From Spirochaetia bacterium (GTDB lineage: Bacteria > Spirochaetota > Spirochaetia > CADAEX01), in assembly GCA_963662795.1 (NCBI GenBank), contig OY759746.1:448001-512000 (forward strand): 64,000 nt of DNA, read 5' to 3'. Each line of letters opens with the position of its first letter. The stretch's first letter is position 1. The notes beneath the pieces were generated by a model. It was not told where the DNA came from. It did no database searches and saw only the letters and a list, made by a program, of their open reading frames with translations. The translations under genes and the position numbers were made by a program. Shown in pieces: positions 19,329-29,932 of the stretch.

Positions 19329-20816
19329 TTAACCACAGGGTAAGCTTAATTTATTGATATTATCCTTATCACAGTTCCAGGGCAGTAATTTTTCATAATC
19401 TTTTTCATCTGAAAAGAAAGGGACCTCTTTAAAAATATAATAAAGGTATCCATAAGGATTTAAGCCATTCTGTTTTGCAGTTTCAATAAGTGAGTACATG
19501 AAGCAGGAGCTTTCCGCTCCTTTTGTGCTTACAGAAAATAACCAGTTTTTTCGCCCCAGAACAAAGGGCCTTATTGCATTTTCACAGGCATTATTATCAG
19601 GGGTAAGGGATGCACACTCTGAATACTTCATTATTTTATCCCACTGAGAAAGAATATATTTTACAGCCTCTCCCACCTTACTGCTTTCCCTGATTACAAG
19701 AGCCTTGTTATCAAGCCATTTCTTGAACCTTTCCATTACAGGTTTGATAAGTTCTTTTCTTTTTTCCAGAAATTCCTGTTCTGATAAATCTTCTTCCCTG
19801 AGTTCATTTTCAATAGAGTAAAACTTTTGAATCATCTTAAGGGCTTCATTAGAACTCCCCGCTTTTTTATTTACCTTTGAGGCTTCAAAGAATTTCCTCC
19901 TTGCATGAGCAAGACAGCCGACATGAACTATTTTGTCATTTTCATTTAATGCCGCATCATATCCTTTATATCCATCTGTCTGAAGGTACCCTTCAAACCC
20001 GGTGAGAAAATCTTTTACATATTCTGCATGTCTTTTAGGATGATATTCATAGTAAATGAGAGGTTTTGAAGGATTTCCTCCCCTTGCAAGCCATATATAA
20101 CTTTTTGAAGAGTTTTTTGAGAGGAAGTAACTTTAAAAAGCTTTTGTTATTCCAGTTAACCATGTCCTGACGGCTTATTCTTACCCCGATCCTTTCAAAC
20201 CGTTTTTCCTGCCTGTAAAAAGGGAGGTGATCACAGAACTTATTTGTAATGATAAATGCAAGCAGACCGGGAGTTACAATGCTTCCTGGAATTATTGATT
20301 TCTCTGTTTCAGCTTTTCTTACTGCCTTTTTATCTTCATCTGAAGAGCCTTCACAGTTCCTGCAGCCGTATTTCGGATAGATATGTCTTTCAACATAGAT
20401 CTGCTCAGGTATTACATTCAGTTTTTCACTTACCTCTTCACCTATCTTTACAAGCTCAGATCCGCAAGCGCACTTTTTCTCTTCTTCGCTTATGCCATGA
20501 ATGATTTCTTCCCTCGGGAGTGAATCATCAAGCTTTTTTCTTCCGGCCTTTTTTTTCTTGTATGGGAGAGGACTGTTATTACCTCTTCAGTATCTGAAAT
20601 CTCATCTGATTCAGTATCATTATTTTCATCTTCAAACAGCTGCATCTGATCAGGATCATCTTTTTCACTTGATTTGCCATATTTTCTGAAAAGGGCAAGT
20701 TTCAGCTTTTCAAGTAAATATTCAATTGTTTCTTTAAGAGCAGTATTTTTGTTTTCAAGAGTATTTATGTATTTTAAAACGTCTTCAGGTAAAGACTTTT
20801 TCTTCTCTTCATCCAT
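19329..20816 (-). pseudogene. tnpC: IS66 TnpC, fragmented
   Basis: KYGKSSEK, LQTDGY, GCLAHARRKF, DNNACENAIRPFVLGRKNWLF across frames, with an internal deletion. Confidence 0.85.
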
Positions 20817-20861
20817 CCTTATTGAAATTCTAACATTTTTAAATTTTTATGGGAATTCCTT

Positions 20862-21212
20862 TCAGTTAACTTCTTCATAAAAAACTCTCTTGTGAGCTTT
20901 CCAGAAATCTATTCCGTCAAAAAGCATCTTCAGATGATCAAAGGAGAGTTCTTCTGCCTCATCTTTTGAATCAGGCCATGGGAATTTGTAATGTTTTTCA
21001 AGTCTTTTCTGCCAGAGGCAGAATCCGTTTCTTTCCCAGTAAAGTATTTTCAAGAGTTTCCTGTCTCTGTTGCAGAAGATAAAGATGCTTTCAGAAAATG
21101 GATCAAGTTCCATATCGCTTTTTACTATCTCAGAAAGACCGTTTACTGCTTTTCTTAAATCTGTTACTCCGGGATGGGCATAAATCCTTACATTATCAAA
21201 ATTAATGAGCAT
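20862..21212 (-). CDS. tnpB: IS66 accessory protein TnpB
   Basis: TDLRKAVNGL, IFCNR, LKILYW, KRLEK. Confidence 0.92.
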   Translation of the reverse strand: MLINFDNVRIYAHPGVTDLRKAVNGLSEIVKSDMELDPFSESIFIFCNRDRKLLKILYWERNGFCLWQKRLEKHYKFPWPDSKDEAEELSFDHLKMLFDGIDFWKAHKRVFYEEVN

Positions 21213-21477
21213 TTATGATAATGCCTTTATTATCTTTTCAAGATGACTTTCTATCAGGTTTGCTGGCAAATTTATTCTTAGAGTTCCTTTTTCAATTGAA
21301 ATTATTTCTGAAACTGAGTTAATTACCAGCTTTACTTTTTTTCTTTTCTCTTTTTATCCAGCCGTAAAATGTTGTCGGTCTTATCTCTTTTCCCCTGCAG
21401 AACATGGCTGCACTTTTTCCGCTTTTTTTCCATTCTGCCAGCAGCTTTTGTTTTTCTTCTATTGATAATTCAGTCAT
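21213..21477 (-). pseudogene. tnpA: IS66 TnpA, frameshifted
   Basis: WKKSGKSAAMFCR..TTFYGW upstream of tnpB. Confidence 0.65.
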
Positions 21478-22409
21478 CTTAAAATCCTCCATGATGAGGA
21501 TTTTACTTCCAGAGGTGTTTCTTTGTAAGCGCTAATTAGGGTTTGCTGAAAAACAATTAAGAATTTACATAGAAAAGAATTAGTGGTAAAATTCCCTCTG
21601 TAGAAGTGCACGAAAAAAGCTTGAAAAAGACAAAACCCCGTGCACCTCGGAGAATGTGATGTATAGACTTGATGATAAAAAGCAGCTGGAGCTGGAAGAT
21701 TTTATATTGCCTTTCGGTGGAAAGCTTAATAGAAAGAACCGTTGGATCCTGCTATCGAGATTGATCCCGTGGGAAGAGTTTGAAGAAGAATATGCGCAAC
21801 AATTTTCTGACAGCGATGAAGACGGGGCACCTGCAAAACCGTTTCGAATGGCATTGGGCGCATTAATAATCAAGGAGAAAATGAATCTTACCGACCACGA
21901 AACGGTTGAGCAGATTAGAGAAAATCCATATTTACAGTACCTGATAGGTAAAGAAAGCTTTAGTGATGAAGAACTGTTTGATTCATCAATGATGGTTCAT
22001 TTCAGGAAAAGAATAACCGGTGAAATGCTTACCGTGATAAATGAACGCTTATATGTGGAAGAGGTAAAAAAAAAACGAGAAATTGAAAAAGAAACTGAAG
22101 AGAAAGAAAAAGCTGAGATAGAAAACAGCGGCAAGCTGCTTGTAGATGCGACCTGCACACCAGCTGATATTAGTTATCCGACGGATATTTCACTACTCAA
22201 TGAAGCCCGGGAAAAAACTGAAAAAATAATAGATATACTGCATGAACCGCTTAAAGGGAAGGAAAAGAAGGTAAGAACACACCGGCAAATAGCGAGATAA
22301 GGAATATTTGAAGGTATCAAAGAAAAGAAAGCCCGGCAGCAAAAGGATTGGAAAAGGTATAAAGAAACAGCTGCAGTATCTGAACCGTAATTTGAATTAT
22401 ATCAATGAA

Positions 22410-23684
22410 CATAGGTGACTAAAACAATCATAACAGCTCCAGTTGAATATTAAAACTACTTTTTCTAGTCTGTTCTGATGGCGGTTTATTGAGAACAGTC
22501 CAGATATCTTTTCTTGATGTCAGTATTACAGGAATCAATTTCATCAGTGAAAAATGAGTCCATTTTCTACATGAAAACATTTTAAGGAACTGAAGTAACA
22601 GAAAAGCAATTAGGGCAATCCAGATTTGTGTCATTACAGCATTTCTGGAAGTACCAAAGAATTTCTTGATCTTGAGGTTCTGTTTGATAGTTTTAAAAAA
22701 TATTTCAATCTGCCATCTGTCTTTGTAAACAGCAGCAATTGTTGTTGGAGACCAAAGGAAATTATTGGTAAGAATTACAATATATTTACCGGTTTCAGGA
22801 TCTCTGCTTCTGATTCGTCTTAATTTTAACGGGCATTTTTTACTGGTGTAAAATCCTTTCATTTCTATGATCTGATCAGATGTAATATTTTTAAAGGAGG
22901 AGGTATCTTTTCTCTGGACAATTTTATAATCAGCATTCTTTTTTAACCTGGTAACAAAATAAATACCGGTATTACAATAATTTGCGAATAATTTAAAGTC
23001 AGTATAACCACGATCAAACGTGATGACATCGCCTTTGTTGAAAGCCATTTTTTTCAAGGAATTGACTTCATGTGTTTTTGCAGTTGTAACTGATACAAAA
23101 GCTGGAATATATCCACTATGGTCAAGTTTTACATTAAGTTTTATTCCGCCTTTATATTTTCTGAAATTTGCCCATGGAAAGAGATTTAAACACAAGTCAA
23201 TAGTTGATGCATCAACACTGTAAAGAGGATTTTTAAATTTATGTTTATGCGCTCTCTTCATGGATAATATCTTATCAAGAAGATCAGTGAAAACATTTTC
23301 ATAAACTTCACAGCTTCTATTATTATTTGCGTAAGATAATGTAGAGCGTTTTACCTTTTTTACACCCATATGATAAAGGTGGTTACTGATTGATTCAAAA
23401 GAGTTTTCAATGCCTCTTAACCCGGTCTGTCCTGAAAGTTGTGCAAAGAGCATGGAGACAAAATGCTGCCAACAGGTAAAACCTTTGGAAGCGAAGTCGC
23501 CATTATGCTTTTTTACAGATTTTTCAAATTCATGTCTCGGAATTATTTGTAGAATTTGTTTTAAAATGGTATTATTGTAACTCATTGCCTGATTTCCTTT
23601 TCCTGTAAAGAATTAGCCGTCCAAGCTTAATTCATTATAGTTGGGATTTCAGGCAATTAATAGTCCTTGTTTTGGACACCTATG
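22410..23684 (-). mobile_element. IS4-family element, intact
   Basis: IRs CATAGGTGACTAAAACA / TGTTTTGGACACCTATG; perfect 9-bp duplication ATCAATGAA. Confidence 0.95.
22428..23585 (-). CDS. IS4-family transposase (DUF4372 + DDE)
   Basis: VDASTI, FDRGY, YKDRWQIEIFFKTIKQ (YREK-type motif). Confidence 0.93.
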   Translation of the reverse strand: MSYNNTILKQILQIIPRHEFEKSVKKHNGDFASKGFTCWQHFVSMLFAQLSGQTGLRGIENSFESISNHLYHMGVKKVKRSTLSYANNNRSCEVYENVFTDLLDKILSMKRAHKHKFKNPLYSVDASTIDLCLNLFPWANFRKYKGGIKLNVKLDHSGYIPAFVSVTTAKTHEVNSLKKMAFNKGDVITFDRGYTDFKLFANYCNTGIYFVTRLKKNADYKIVQRKDTSSFKNITSDQIIEMKGFYTSKKCPLKLRRIRSRDPETGKYIVILTNNFLWSPTTIAAVYKDRWQIEIFFKTIKQNLKIKKFFGTSRNAVMTQIWIALIAFLLLQFLKMFSCRKWTHFSLMKLIPVILTSRKDIWTVLNKPPSEQTRKSSFNIQLELL

Positions 23685-24444
23685 ATCAATGAATTAAAAT
23701 CAAAAACGCCGTTAACCGAGGTGAATGGAAAGCTGTATAAGGATTTATTGGTTGTATCAGAATTATATCGCCAACAGAAAGAAATGTACGATGAGAATAA
23801 GCGCAGTATAGAGGGCCGTATCGTAAGCATAAGCCAACCGCAGGTGAGACCTATAGTCAGGGGAAAGGCCAAGGCCGCTGTAGAGTTTGGAGCCAAGATA
23901 TCAGTTTCGCTTGTTGACGGTTATACCTTTCTGGAGAAACTCAGCTGGGAAGCATACAATGAATCAAATGATTTAATTTCACATATTGGGAAGTATAAAG
24001 AAAGATTTGGATATTATCCGGAATCGGTACATGCAGATGGTATTTATCGTAATCGAGACAATCTAAAATATTGCAGGAAAAAGAAAATACGGCTATCCGG
24101 CTCCCCATTGGGGCGGCCGCCGAAAGACATTGAAGTATATAAATCGATAATGAAGCATGCGCGAGAAGATGAAATTGCCCGGATTCCCATTGAAGGTGTA
24201 TTTGGAACTGCAAAGCGTCGATACGGTTTAGCTCGTGTAAAAATGAAATTACAGGAAACTAGCGAAACTGAAATAAGCATGACAATTCTATTGATGAATC
24301 TTGAGAAGACACTAAAGCGTCTTCTTTTGCCCTTTTTCAGGTTCAAAATACAGGCTGGTATTTTGGAGTTTCTCCAACCAAAATACTATCAAGAAGCAGC
24401 TTGATGGGTTTTTCAGCAAGCGCGAATTAAACCGCGTATCCTTT

Positions 24445-26019
24445 TTAAATATGAATGTTCCAAGGAAGAAGAGCTTCCATATCCGATTGGTCATCCAACT
24501 CGATTAATGGAAGCATTTCAAAAAGGTGGTAGAGATAATCCTGGGGCTCTAATTGATTAGCCTTTGCCGTTTCAATAAGGCTATAAAGTACAGCGCTGGC
24601 ATGAGCACCTTTGGGCGTATCAAAAAAAATCCAGTTTTTTCGTCCAATTACGAATGGCCGAATCGAATTCTCCGCCAAATTGTTGTCAGGAGTTACATAG
24701 ACATATTTCAAGTACCGGACCAATTTCTTATATTCATTGAGTGTATAATTTACGGCTTCTCCCAGCTTTGTTTTAGGAGGAATTGAAATCTCCCATTTCT
24801 TGAGGAGTTGATGGAATTCCTGCCAGAGAGGAATTACCTGTTTTCTACGCTCGGCAACAAAGAGTTCGTCATCAAGATGTTCTGCTCTGAGAGTTTTCTC
24901 TGCTTGATAGATTTTCTGGATAATCTTCAGAGCTTTATCAGCATTGCCTTCACCCTTTGTTATGGCAGCTGCTTCAAAGAATTTTCTTCGGGCATGGGCC
25001 AGGCACCCAACATGATAGAGTTTATATTCTTTGGAGGCTCTGTTATATCCGACATATCCATCTGTCTGGAGAACTCCTTTGAATCCATCCAAAAGGGAAA
25101 GAGGGATTTCTTCTCTTCTGGTCTGAGAGTAATTGAAAAGGACAATCTTCCGGTTCTGATCAGAACCGACGGTTACCCACATAAAGGATTTGTTTTCCGG
25201 TTTCCGGCCGGGTTCCTTTAAGACCTGAACAGTCGTTTCGTCCATATTTATAAGAGGACCTTCACGGGTTTTCTGCCGCATCAGTTCGATCAGAGGTTCA
25301 CAGGCTAAAGCAGCTTTGATTGCCCAGTTAGACATATTTGAACGACTGATTTCGATATCCAATCGTCTGAAAATCCTTTCCATTCGGCAGAAAGGCAGGG
25401 CATCACAGAATTTGCTGACCAGGATATAACTTAACAGACCCGAGGAAGCGATACTTCCGGGAATCAGCCGGGGTGGTACTGGTGCTTTTAGAATTACCGG
25501 GAGTGTCTCATCGTTCTGAAACTCCTCACATTTACAGGGACCATATTTAAGACGAACATGTTTTTTAACAATGATTTTCGCCGGAATAAACTGCAGTTCT
25601 TCCGATTCTTCTCTGCCGATTTCCAGCCTGTCGTTTCCGCAGCAGGGACAGGCTCTTTCTTCCGCCGGCAGTTCATAAATTATTTCTTCCCTGGGAATAT
25701 CCGCGGGAAGTGGTTTTCTTCCTGCTTTTCTTCGGGGATAGGTTTTGATTTCTTCCTGCTCCGGAGAAGATTCTGGTCCCTCAATAGTAGTTGCTGTTTC
25801 TTCGGCTTCATTGAACAGAACCATCTGCTGTTTATCTTCGGGTGTCCATTTCTCGCTGGTTCTGACGTATTTCAGTCTTTTCAGAAGAGCCACTTCTTCC
25901 CAGAGGGTATGAATAACAGACTCTTGTTGCTTCTGTTTTTCCTGGAGGTCCAGAATGAGTTCTTTCAGCTGAGTGACATCATTCGGCAATGATGATAATT
26001 TATTCGCTCCGCTAATCAT
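24445..26019 (-). CDS. tnpC: IS66 transposase TnpC, intact
   Basis: CPCCG zinc finger, MDETT, QTDGY, CLAHARRKF, DNNLAENSIRP. Confidence 0.95.
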   Translation of the reverse strand: MISGANKLSSLPNDVTQLKELILDLQEKQKQQESVIHTLWEEVALLKRLKYVRTSEKWTPEDKQQMVLFNEAEETATTIEGPESSPEQEEIKTYPRRKAGRKPLPADIPREEIIYELPAEERACPCCGNDRLEIGREESEELQFIPAKIIVKKHVRLKYGPCKCEEFQNDETLPVILKAPVPPRLIPGSIASSGLLSYILVSKFCDALPFCRMERIFRRLDIEISRSNMSNWAIKAALACEPLIELMRQKTREGPLINMDETTVQVLKEPGRKPENKSFMWVTVGSDQNRKIVLFNYSQTRREEIPLSLLDGFKGVLQTDGYVGYNRASKEYKLYHVGCLAHARRKFFEAAAITKGEGNADKALKIIQKIYQAEKTLRAEHLDDELFVAERRKQVIPLWQEFHQLLKKWEISIPPKTKLGEAVNYTLNEYKKLVRYLKYVYVTPDNNLAENSIRPFVIGRKNWIFFDTPKGAHASAVLYSLIETAKANQLEPQDYLYHLFEMLPLIELDDQSDMEALLPWNIHI

Positions 26020-26064
26020 GTGGATTAGCCTACCAGAAGAAGGAATATATTAATAGTGGTTTCA

Positions 26065-26412
26065 TCAGGAAACAGAAGAATAATTCAACTGTTTATGGGC
26101 ATGCCAGAAGTCGATTCCCTGTAAAAGCATCTGCAATTGTTTAAGGGATATTTCTTTAACATTTTCTTCTGTGACAGGCCAAGGAAAACGATCCTTCTCC
26201 AGTCGTTTGTACCACATGCAAAATCCGTTTCTATCCCAATACAGAACTTTTAAAAGCCATCTCTGTTTATTACAGAAAAGAAACAGAGAACCGGAAAATG
26301 GATCTTGTCCCAGATCTTCTTTGACTATCACAGATAATCCGTTTATCTGTTTCCGCATATCTGTTACCCCGGGCCTGACAAAAATATTTAAATGGGAAAG
26401 GTCAAGGATCAT
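26065..26412 (-). CDS. tnpB: IS66 accessory protein TnpB
   Basis: TDMRKQINGL, LFCNK, YWDRNGF. Confidence 0.93.
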   Translation of the reverse strand: MILDLSHLNIFVRPGVTDMRKQINGLSVIVKEDLGQDPFSGSLFLFCNKQRWLLKVLYWDRNGFCMWYKRLEKDRFPWPVTEENVKEISLKQLQMLLQGIDFWHAHKQLNYSSVS

Positions 26413-26567
26413 GATACTTTTCTTAAGGTGTTTAATAATCGAATTAAAGTACTTTCATCAAAATCAGAAGGAACAATAATTCTGGCATCCCCGATAAATA
26501 CTTCGATTGAACCCAACCCAGGTTTTCGGAATATGTCAACATAGATGAAGAATGATCTTTGAAATAA

Positions 26568-27644
26568 TTAAGCGGCGGTAGCCCCTTTTTGAGACTTACT
26601 CTTAATCATAGTATCAGCAGATGGATTCAAGTATACAACATGCTCTTTGGGCAGCATTTTAACATGTTTACTCCATCTCAAAGGATTCTTTTTGTATGCC
26701 TTCATCATAGTTTTATTTCGTTTTGTCGCGATCTCTTTGTATTCGCCATTTCTCATCTGTATGGGTGTAATAAAGTTTATTCCTGAGTGACTATGACTGG
26801 TATTATAGAAATCAACAAATGTCGAAAACCATGTTCTTGCCTCTGAAAGTATTTTGAACTTGCCAGGATACGAAACATGATATTTTAAGGTTTTAAACCA
26901 TGATTCAATGAATGGATTGTCATCACTGACTCTTGGCCTGGAATAACTATTACAAATACCAAGATCATAGAATAGAGCCAGTAATGAGATACCTTTCATG
27001 GGATTTCCATTATCAGAATGAACAAAGACATCAGCATAGTTGTTTTCCTTCAGGGCGGCATCAAAAAGTTCTTCTGATAGAGAATCATCCTCTCTATCAT
27101 GAATAGCCCATTTGACGATGCTTCTATCCCAGATATCAATGATGACATATGCGTAGTAGAAGAGGCCTCTGACATTTGTTGGCAACCAGGTTATATCCCA
27201 GCACCAAACCTGATTAGGTCCAGCTGCGACTCTTTCTGGTGGCTTATTATGACTTGTCCCAGGCCTCGTGTTTCCTCGATGATGAATAAGTCTGTTTTTC
27301 TTTAATACTCTATAAAAGGAGCTAACACTGGCAATATAAATGCCTTTACTAAGAAGAGATGCATGAATTTTGTATGGATTATCATCCTTATATTCAATGC
27401 TGCAACTAATTTCGATAATTTTGGCCTCTTCTTCTTTTGATAATTTTCTGGCCACTACTTTTGAACAGTCCTTGCGATTATCAGAAAGATTACCACGTCG
27501 CCATCTTTCAAAAGTGCTGGTTGAAATTTCAAGAGCTTCACAAGCTTTATGAATTCGGGCTCCTGCAGCAGATGCTTCTTTTATCAATTTAACTGCTTCC
27601 TGCCGCATATCCATCGGAATCAGTCGTCCTCTTCGTCCCCCCAA
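26568..27644 (-). CDS. IS3-family transposase OrfB
   Basis: Same protein sequence as 3763-4839. Confidence 0.92.
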   Translation of the reverse strand: MGGRRGRLIPMDMRQEAVKLIKEASAAGARIHKACEALEISTSTFERWRRGNLSDNRKDCSKVVARKLSKEEEAKIIEISCSIEYKDDNPYKIHASLLSKGIYIASVSSFYRVLKKNRLIHHRGNTRPGTSHNKPPERVAAGPNQVWCWDITWLPTNVRGLFYYAYVIIDIWDRSIVKWAIHDREDDSLSEELFDAALKENNYADVFVHSDNGNPMKGISLLALFYDLGICNSYSRPRVSDDNPFIESWFKTLKYHVSYPGKFKILSEARTWFSTFVDFYNTSHSHSGINFITPIQMRNGEYKEIATKRNKTMMKAYKKNPLRWSKHVKMLPKEHVVYLNPSADTMIKSKSQKGATAA

Positions 27645-28102
27645 AGAGCTTCTGCTTTTTTTTTAAGAGTATAGAGTGCAGCCATTTCAGCAAGAGCTTT
27701 TTCTTTTTTATTCAGCTCTTTTTGCAGTCGTTTATTTTCTTTCTGGAGATTTTTGATTTTCTGTTTTTCTTTGTGACCTTTATCTTCTACCATGTCTCGC
27801 AGTTCCTGTTTATATTGAGTGATATGTTCAGTGTGCAGACCTTTTTCACGAAGCCATTTCCCCTGATCCTCATTTTTAACAGAACCGGATTCTATAACCA
27901 GATTCAATTTTTCTCGAGGTGACCGATCGGCACTACTTACAGTATTCAGACTATCAAGTGTACCTTCTTTTGCTTTATTCAACCAGTTCCGTAATGTCTG
28001 ATCAGAGACTCCAGATTCAATTGCTATCACATAAGCGGATTTTCCATCTGATTCGAGTACTTTTCTTACTGTTGATTCTTTAAATCCTAAACTGTATCTC
28101 AT
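27620..28102 (-). CDS. IS3-family OrfA (HTH)
   Basis: MRYSLGFKE..TLRNW..LKKKA slippery site; GGAGG RBS. Confidence 0.88.
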   Translation of the reverse strand: MRYSLGFKESTVRKVLESDGKSAYVIAIESGVSDQTLRNWLNKAKEGTLDSLNTVSSADRSPREKLNLVIESGSVKNEDQGKWLREKGLHTEHITQYKQELRDMVEDKGHKEKQKIKNLQKENKRLQKELNKKEKALAEMAALYTLKKKAEALWGDEEDD

Positions 28103-28298
28103 AATTGAAACCTCCATATTGGTGCTTTAACTATGTTGACACATAGGGTTTTCCGGAAGTCATATCCCTGATATTTAGCTTTAGCAAATTTTTAGTATTG
28201 GGAATATCCTGTTTCTGTATTTTTATTCGCCATTGCCTGAAGCTCCAGTTAAACTGCGCCCTTTTGTCAACACACTTTTGACAAGTGTTTAAGGTGTA

Positions 28299-29117
28299 TC
28301 ACGCCGCCTGTTCTGCCAGGCTGACAGCCTGAAATGATTCATGTATTTCATCAGGAGTCCTGTATTCAAGACTCTGGTGGAAACGCCTGGTGTTAGAAAA
28401 ATTAAAATATTGCGTTACTCCTTCCTTAAGTTCTTTAACTGTTTCATAATGTTTTATATAAATATCTTCGTACTTGAGTGATCTCCAGAGCCTTTCGACA
28501 AAAATATTATCAGGCGCACGGTTTTTCCCGTCCATGCTTATTCTTATGCCATAATCATGCAGTACTTCTGTCCAGCAGGGTGAAGTAAATTGGCAGCCCT
28601 GATCAGTGTTGAAAATTGCAGCCACTCCATACTTTTCAATTGTTTCATGTAAGCAGTTTGCAAATATTGGCGCATCAAGTGTATTGGTTATTATCCAGTT
28701 AAGCACTTTGCGTGAATAAAGATCTATTACCGCCATCAGGTACACATGCCCTGATGGCAGTTTGATATAAGTCAAATCAGCAGCCCAGACCTGATTCGGG
28801 TATCTTATTATTTCCCCTTCAAGCAGATACGGATACTTCTTGCTTTCCTGCCTTGCTTTTGAAAGATTCTCTCCGGGAAATATTGCCATAAGCCCTGCTT
28901 TTCTCATGATTCTGCGTATCTGTTTCCGGGATACACTTAAGCCTTTACTATTGATCTCAAGAGCTATTTTTCTATAGCCATAAAATGGCAGGAGAATTAA
29001 TGTTTCCCTTATCTTTTTAAGTATCTCAATATCATTTTTCTCAATTTTCCTCCTGCTTTTGTAATATGCTGTACTTCGTAAAATAATCAGTGCCTTGCCT
29101 TGTTTTTTTACACTCAT
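28299..29117 (-). CDS. IS3 OrfB
   Basis: FYGYRKI, PNQVWAADLTYI, NTDQGCQFTS, DNIFVERLWRSLKYE. Confidence 0.92.
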   Translation of the reverse strand: MSVKKQGKALIILRSTAYYKSRRKIEKNDIEILKKIRETLILLPFYGYRKIALEINSKGLSVSRKQIRRIMRKAGLMAIFPGENLSKARQESKKYPYLLEGEIIRYPNQVWAADLTYIKLPSGHVYLMAVIDLYSRKVLNWIITNTLDAPIFANCLHETIEKYGVAAIFNTDQGCQFTSPCWTEVLHDYGIRISMDGKNRAPDNIFVERLWRSLKYEDIYIKHYETVKELKEGVTQYFNFSNTRRFHQSLEYRTPDEIHESFQAVSLAEQAA

Positions 29118-29137
29118 GTTTTCATATGCCTTTTCAA

Positions 29138-29446
29138 TCAGAAGGGATCGTTTCCGTATAGTTGTTTGTACTTCTTTTTTAGGAATTCATTTCCGATCTT
29201 CATCTTTCCGAGCGTTTTGAGTGCATCATCGTACTTCTCCTCGGCTTCGCGCTCTGAATCGCTTTTTTTATTGGGCCTTTCAAAGATATCCGGCAGGTTC
29301 TCTATTGCCTGCTTTTTCCATAGGCTGATCTGGTTTGGATGTACGTCATATTTTTTCGCAATTTCCTGTAAGGTTAGTTCCTCTCGAAGTGCATCCAGAG
29401 TTACTTTTGCCTTGAATGCCTTGTCAAATCTTTGTCTTTTTTTCAT
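29138..29446 (-). CDS. IS3 OrfA
   Basis: FKAKV, EIAKKYDVHPNQISLWKK, FLKKK. Confidence 0.92.
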   Translation of the reverse strand: MKKRQRFDKAFKAKVTLDALREELTLQEIAKKYDVHPNQISLWKKQAIENLPDIFERPNKKSDSEREAEEKYDDALKTLGKMKIGNEFLKKKYKQLYGNDPF

Positions 29447-29932
29447 TGTGTTTTCCGCTCCTTAAATTATAGCGGGTTTTACACCTTAATCATACAGTTT
29501 TTTATGTCTTGTTTTCTGGGCTCATTATAAGTAGCTCAGGTTTTCTGCTCGGCAGAACTCCGTCATGGAAAGTTGACTCAGTTTCCATTTTTCTATTTCT
29601 TTTTCCCAGCTTTCTTTGGTCATATGACCTCCTTGCTGGAAAAAAATACAATTTCTAATCAGAGTCAGATAGATGCTGGAGAATTAACGCTTACTTTCTT
29701 TTTTAAGGGGTGGTGAAGTTGACGCTTACTTTAAAATTATATACTTGGCGGTAAAGCAGGCTTCAAAGAAATGGAGCATGCCTCTCCGTGAATGGAAACC
29801 AGCGATGAACCAATTTTTATTGGAATATGGAGAGCGGTTTTCTGATGAATAAAAAAGTCAGTTACACAGAATTATTTACAGGCTCCTGCTTTCTCATTAG
29901 ATTTACGGAGTCCAAAAATTTTACAGGCTCAG

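Larger units (their letters stand above)
21656..24404 (+). pseudogene. IS5 transposase, frameshifted near 22297 and split by IS4
   Basis: LPFGGKL..NRW, LLVDATCTPADI, RPIVRGKA..VEFGAK, IEGVFG. Confidence 0.88.
21539..24423 (+). mobile_element. IS5-family element inserted in the IR of IS66-B
   Basis: IRs GGGTTTGCTGAAAAAC / GTTTTTCAGCAAGCGC; TAATTA/GAATTA flanks. Confidence 0.82.
26528..28148 (-). mobile_element. IS3-type element copy 2, intact
   Basis: Near-identical to 3723-5343; (GG)TTTTC repeated at both flanks. Confidence 0.92.
28250..29529 (-). mobile_element. IS3-family element
   Basis: Imperfect IRs TAAACTGCGCCC / GGGCTCATTATA; AGT 3-bp duplication. Confidence 0.88.
26409..29623 (-). 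pseudogene. tnpA: IS66-B TnpA split by two IS insertions
   Basis: MTKESWEKEI..NLSY|WSFRQW..MTSGK|PGLGSIEV..RKVS is restored after removing 28250-29529 and 26528-28148. Confidence 0.8.
21525..29694 (-). mobile_element. IS66-family element B, inserted in the left end of element A
   Basis: Ends GTAAGCGCTAATT / AATTAACGCTTAC; TTTCTTT repeated at 21518-21524 and 29695-29701. Confidence 0.85.
19317..29729 (-). mobile_element. IS66-family element A (decayed)
   Basis: IRs GTAAGCGTCAATTTAACCAC / GTGGTGAAGTTGACGCTTAC. Confidence 0.88.
18232..29886 (+). mobile_element. IS256-family element, interrupted by nested ISs
   Basis: IRs GGACTCTGTAATTAAAACTGTGTAACT / AGTTACACAGAATTATTTACAGGCTCC; transposase pieces at 18299-19316 and 29730-29852. 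Confidence 0.88.

Noticed and set aside
20862-26412. TnpB as RNA-guided IS200/IS605 nuclease
   Set aside because: Both are ~115-aa IS66 accessory TnpB proteins, unrelated to RuvC TnpB.
18224-29894. AGCTTTCA / TGCTTTCT as IS256 target duplication
   Set aside because: Only 6/8 match and the IS4 relic does not clearly resume on the right; unproven.
29887-29930. Second TTTACAGGCTC resembling the IS256 end
   Set aside because: Only an 11-bp match with no partner end or ORF; cannot assign.
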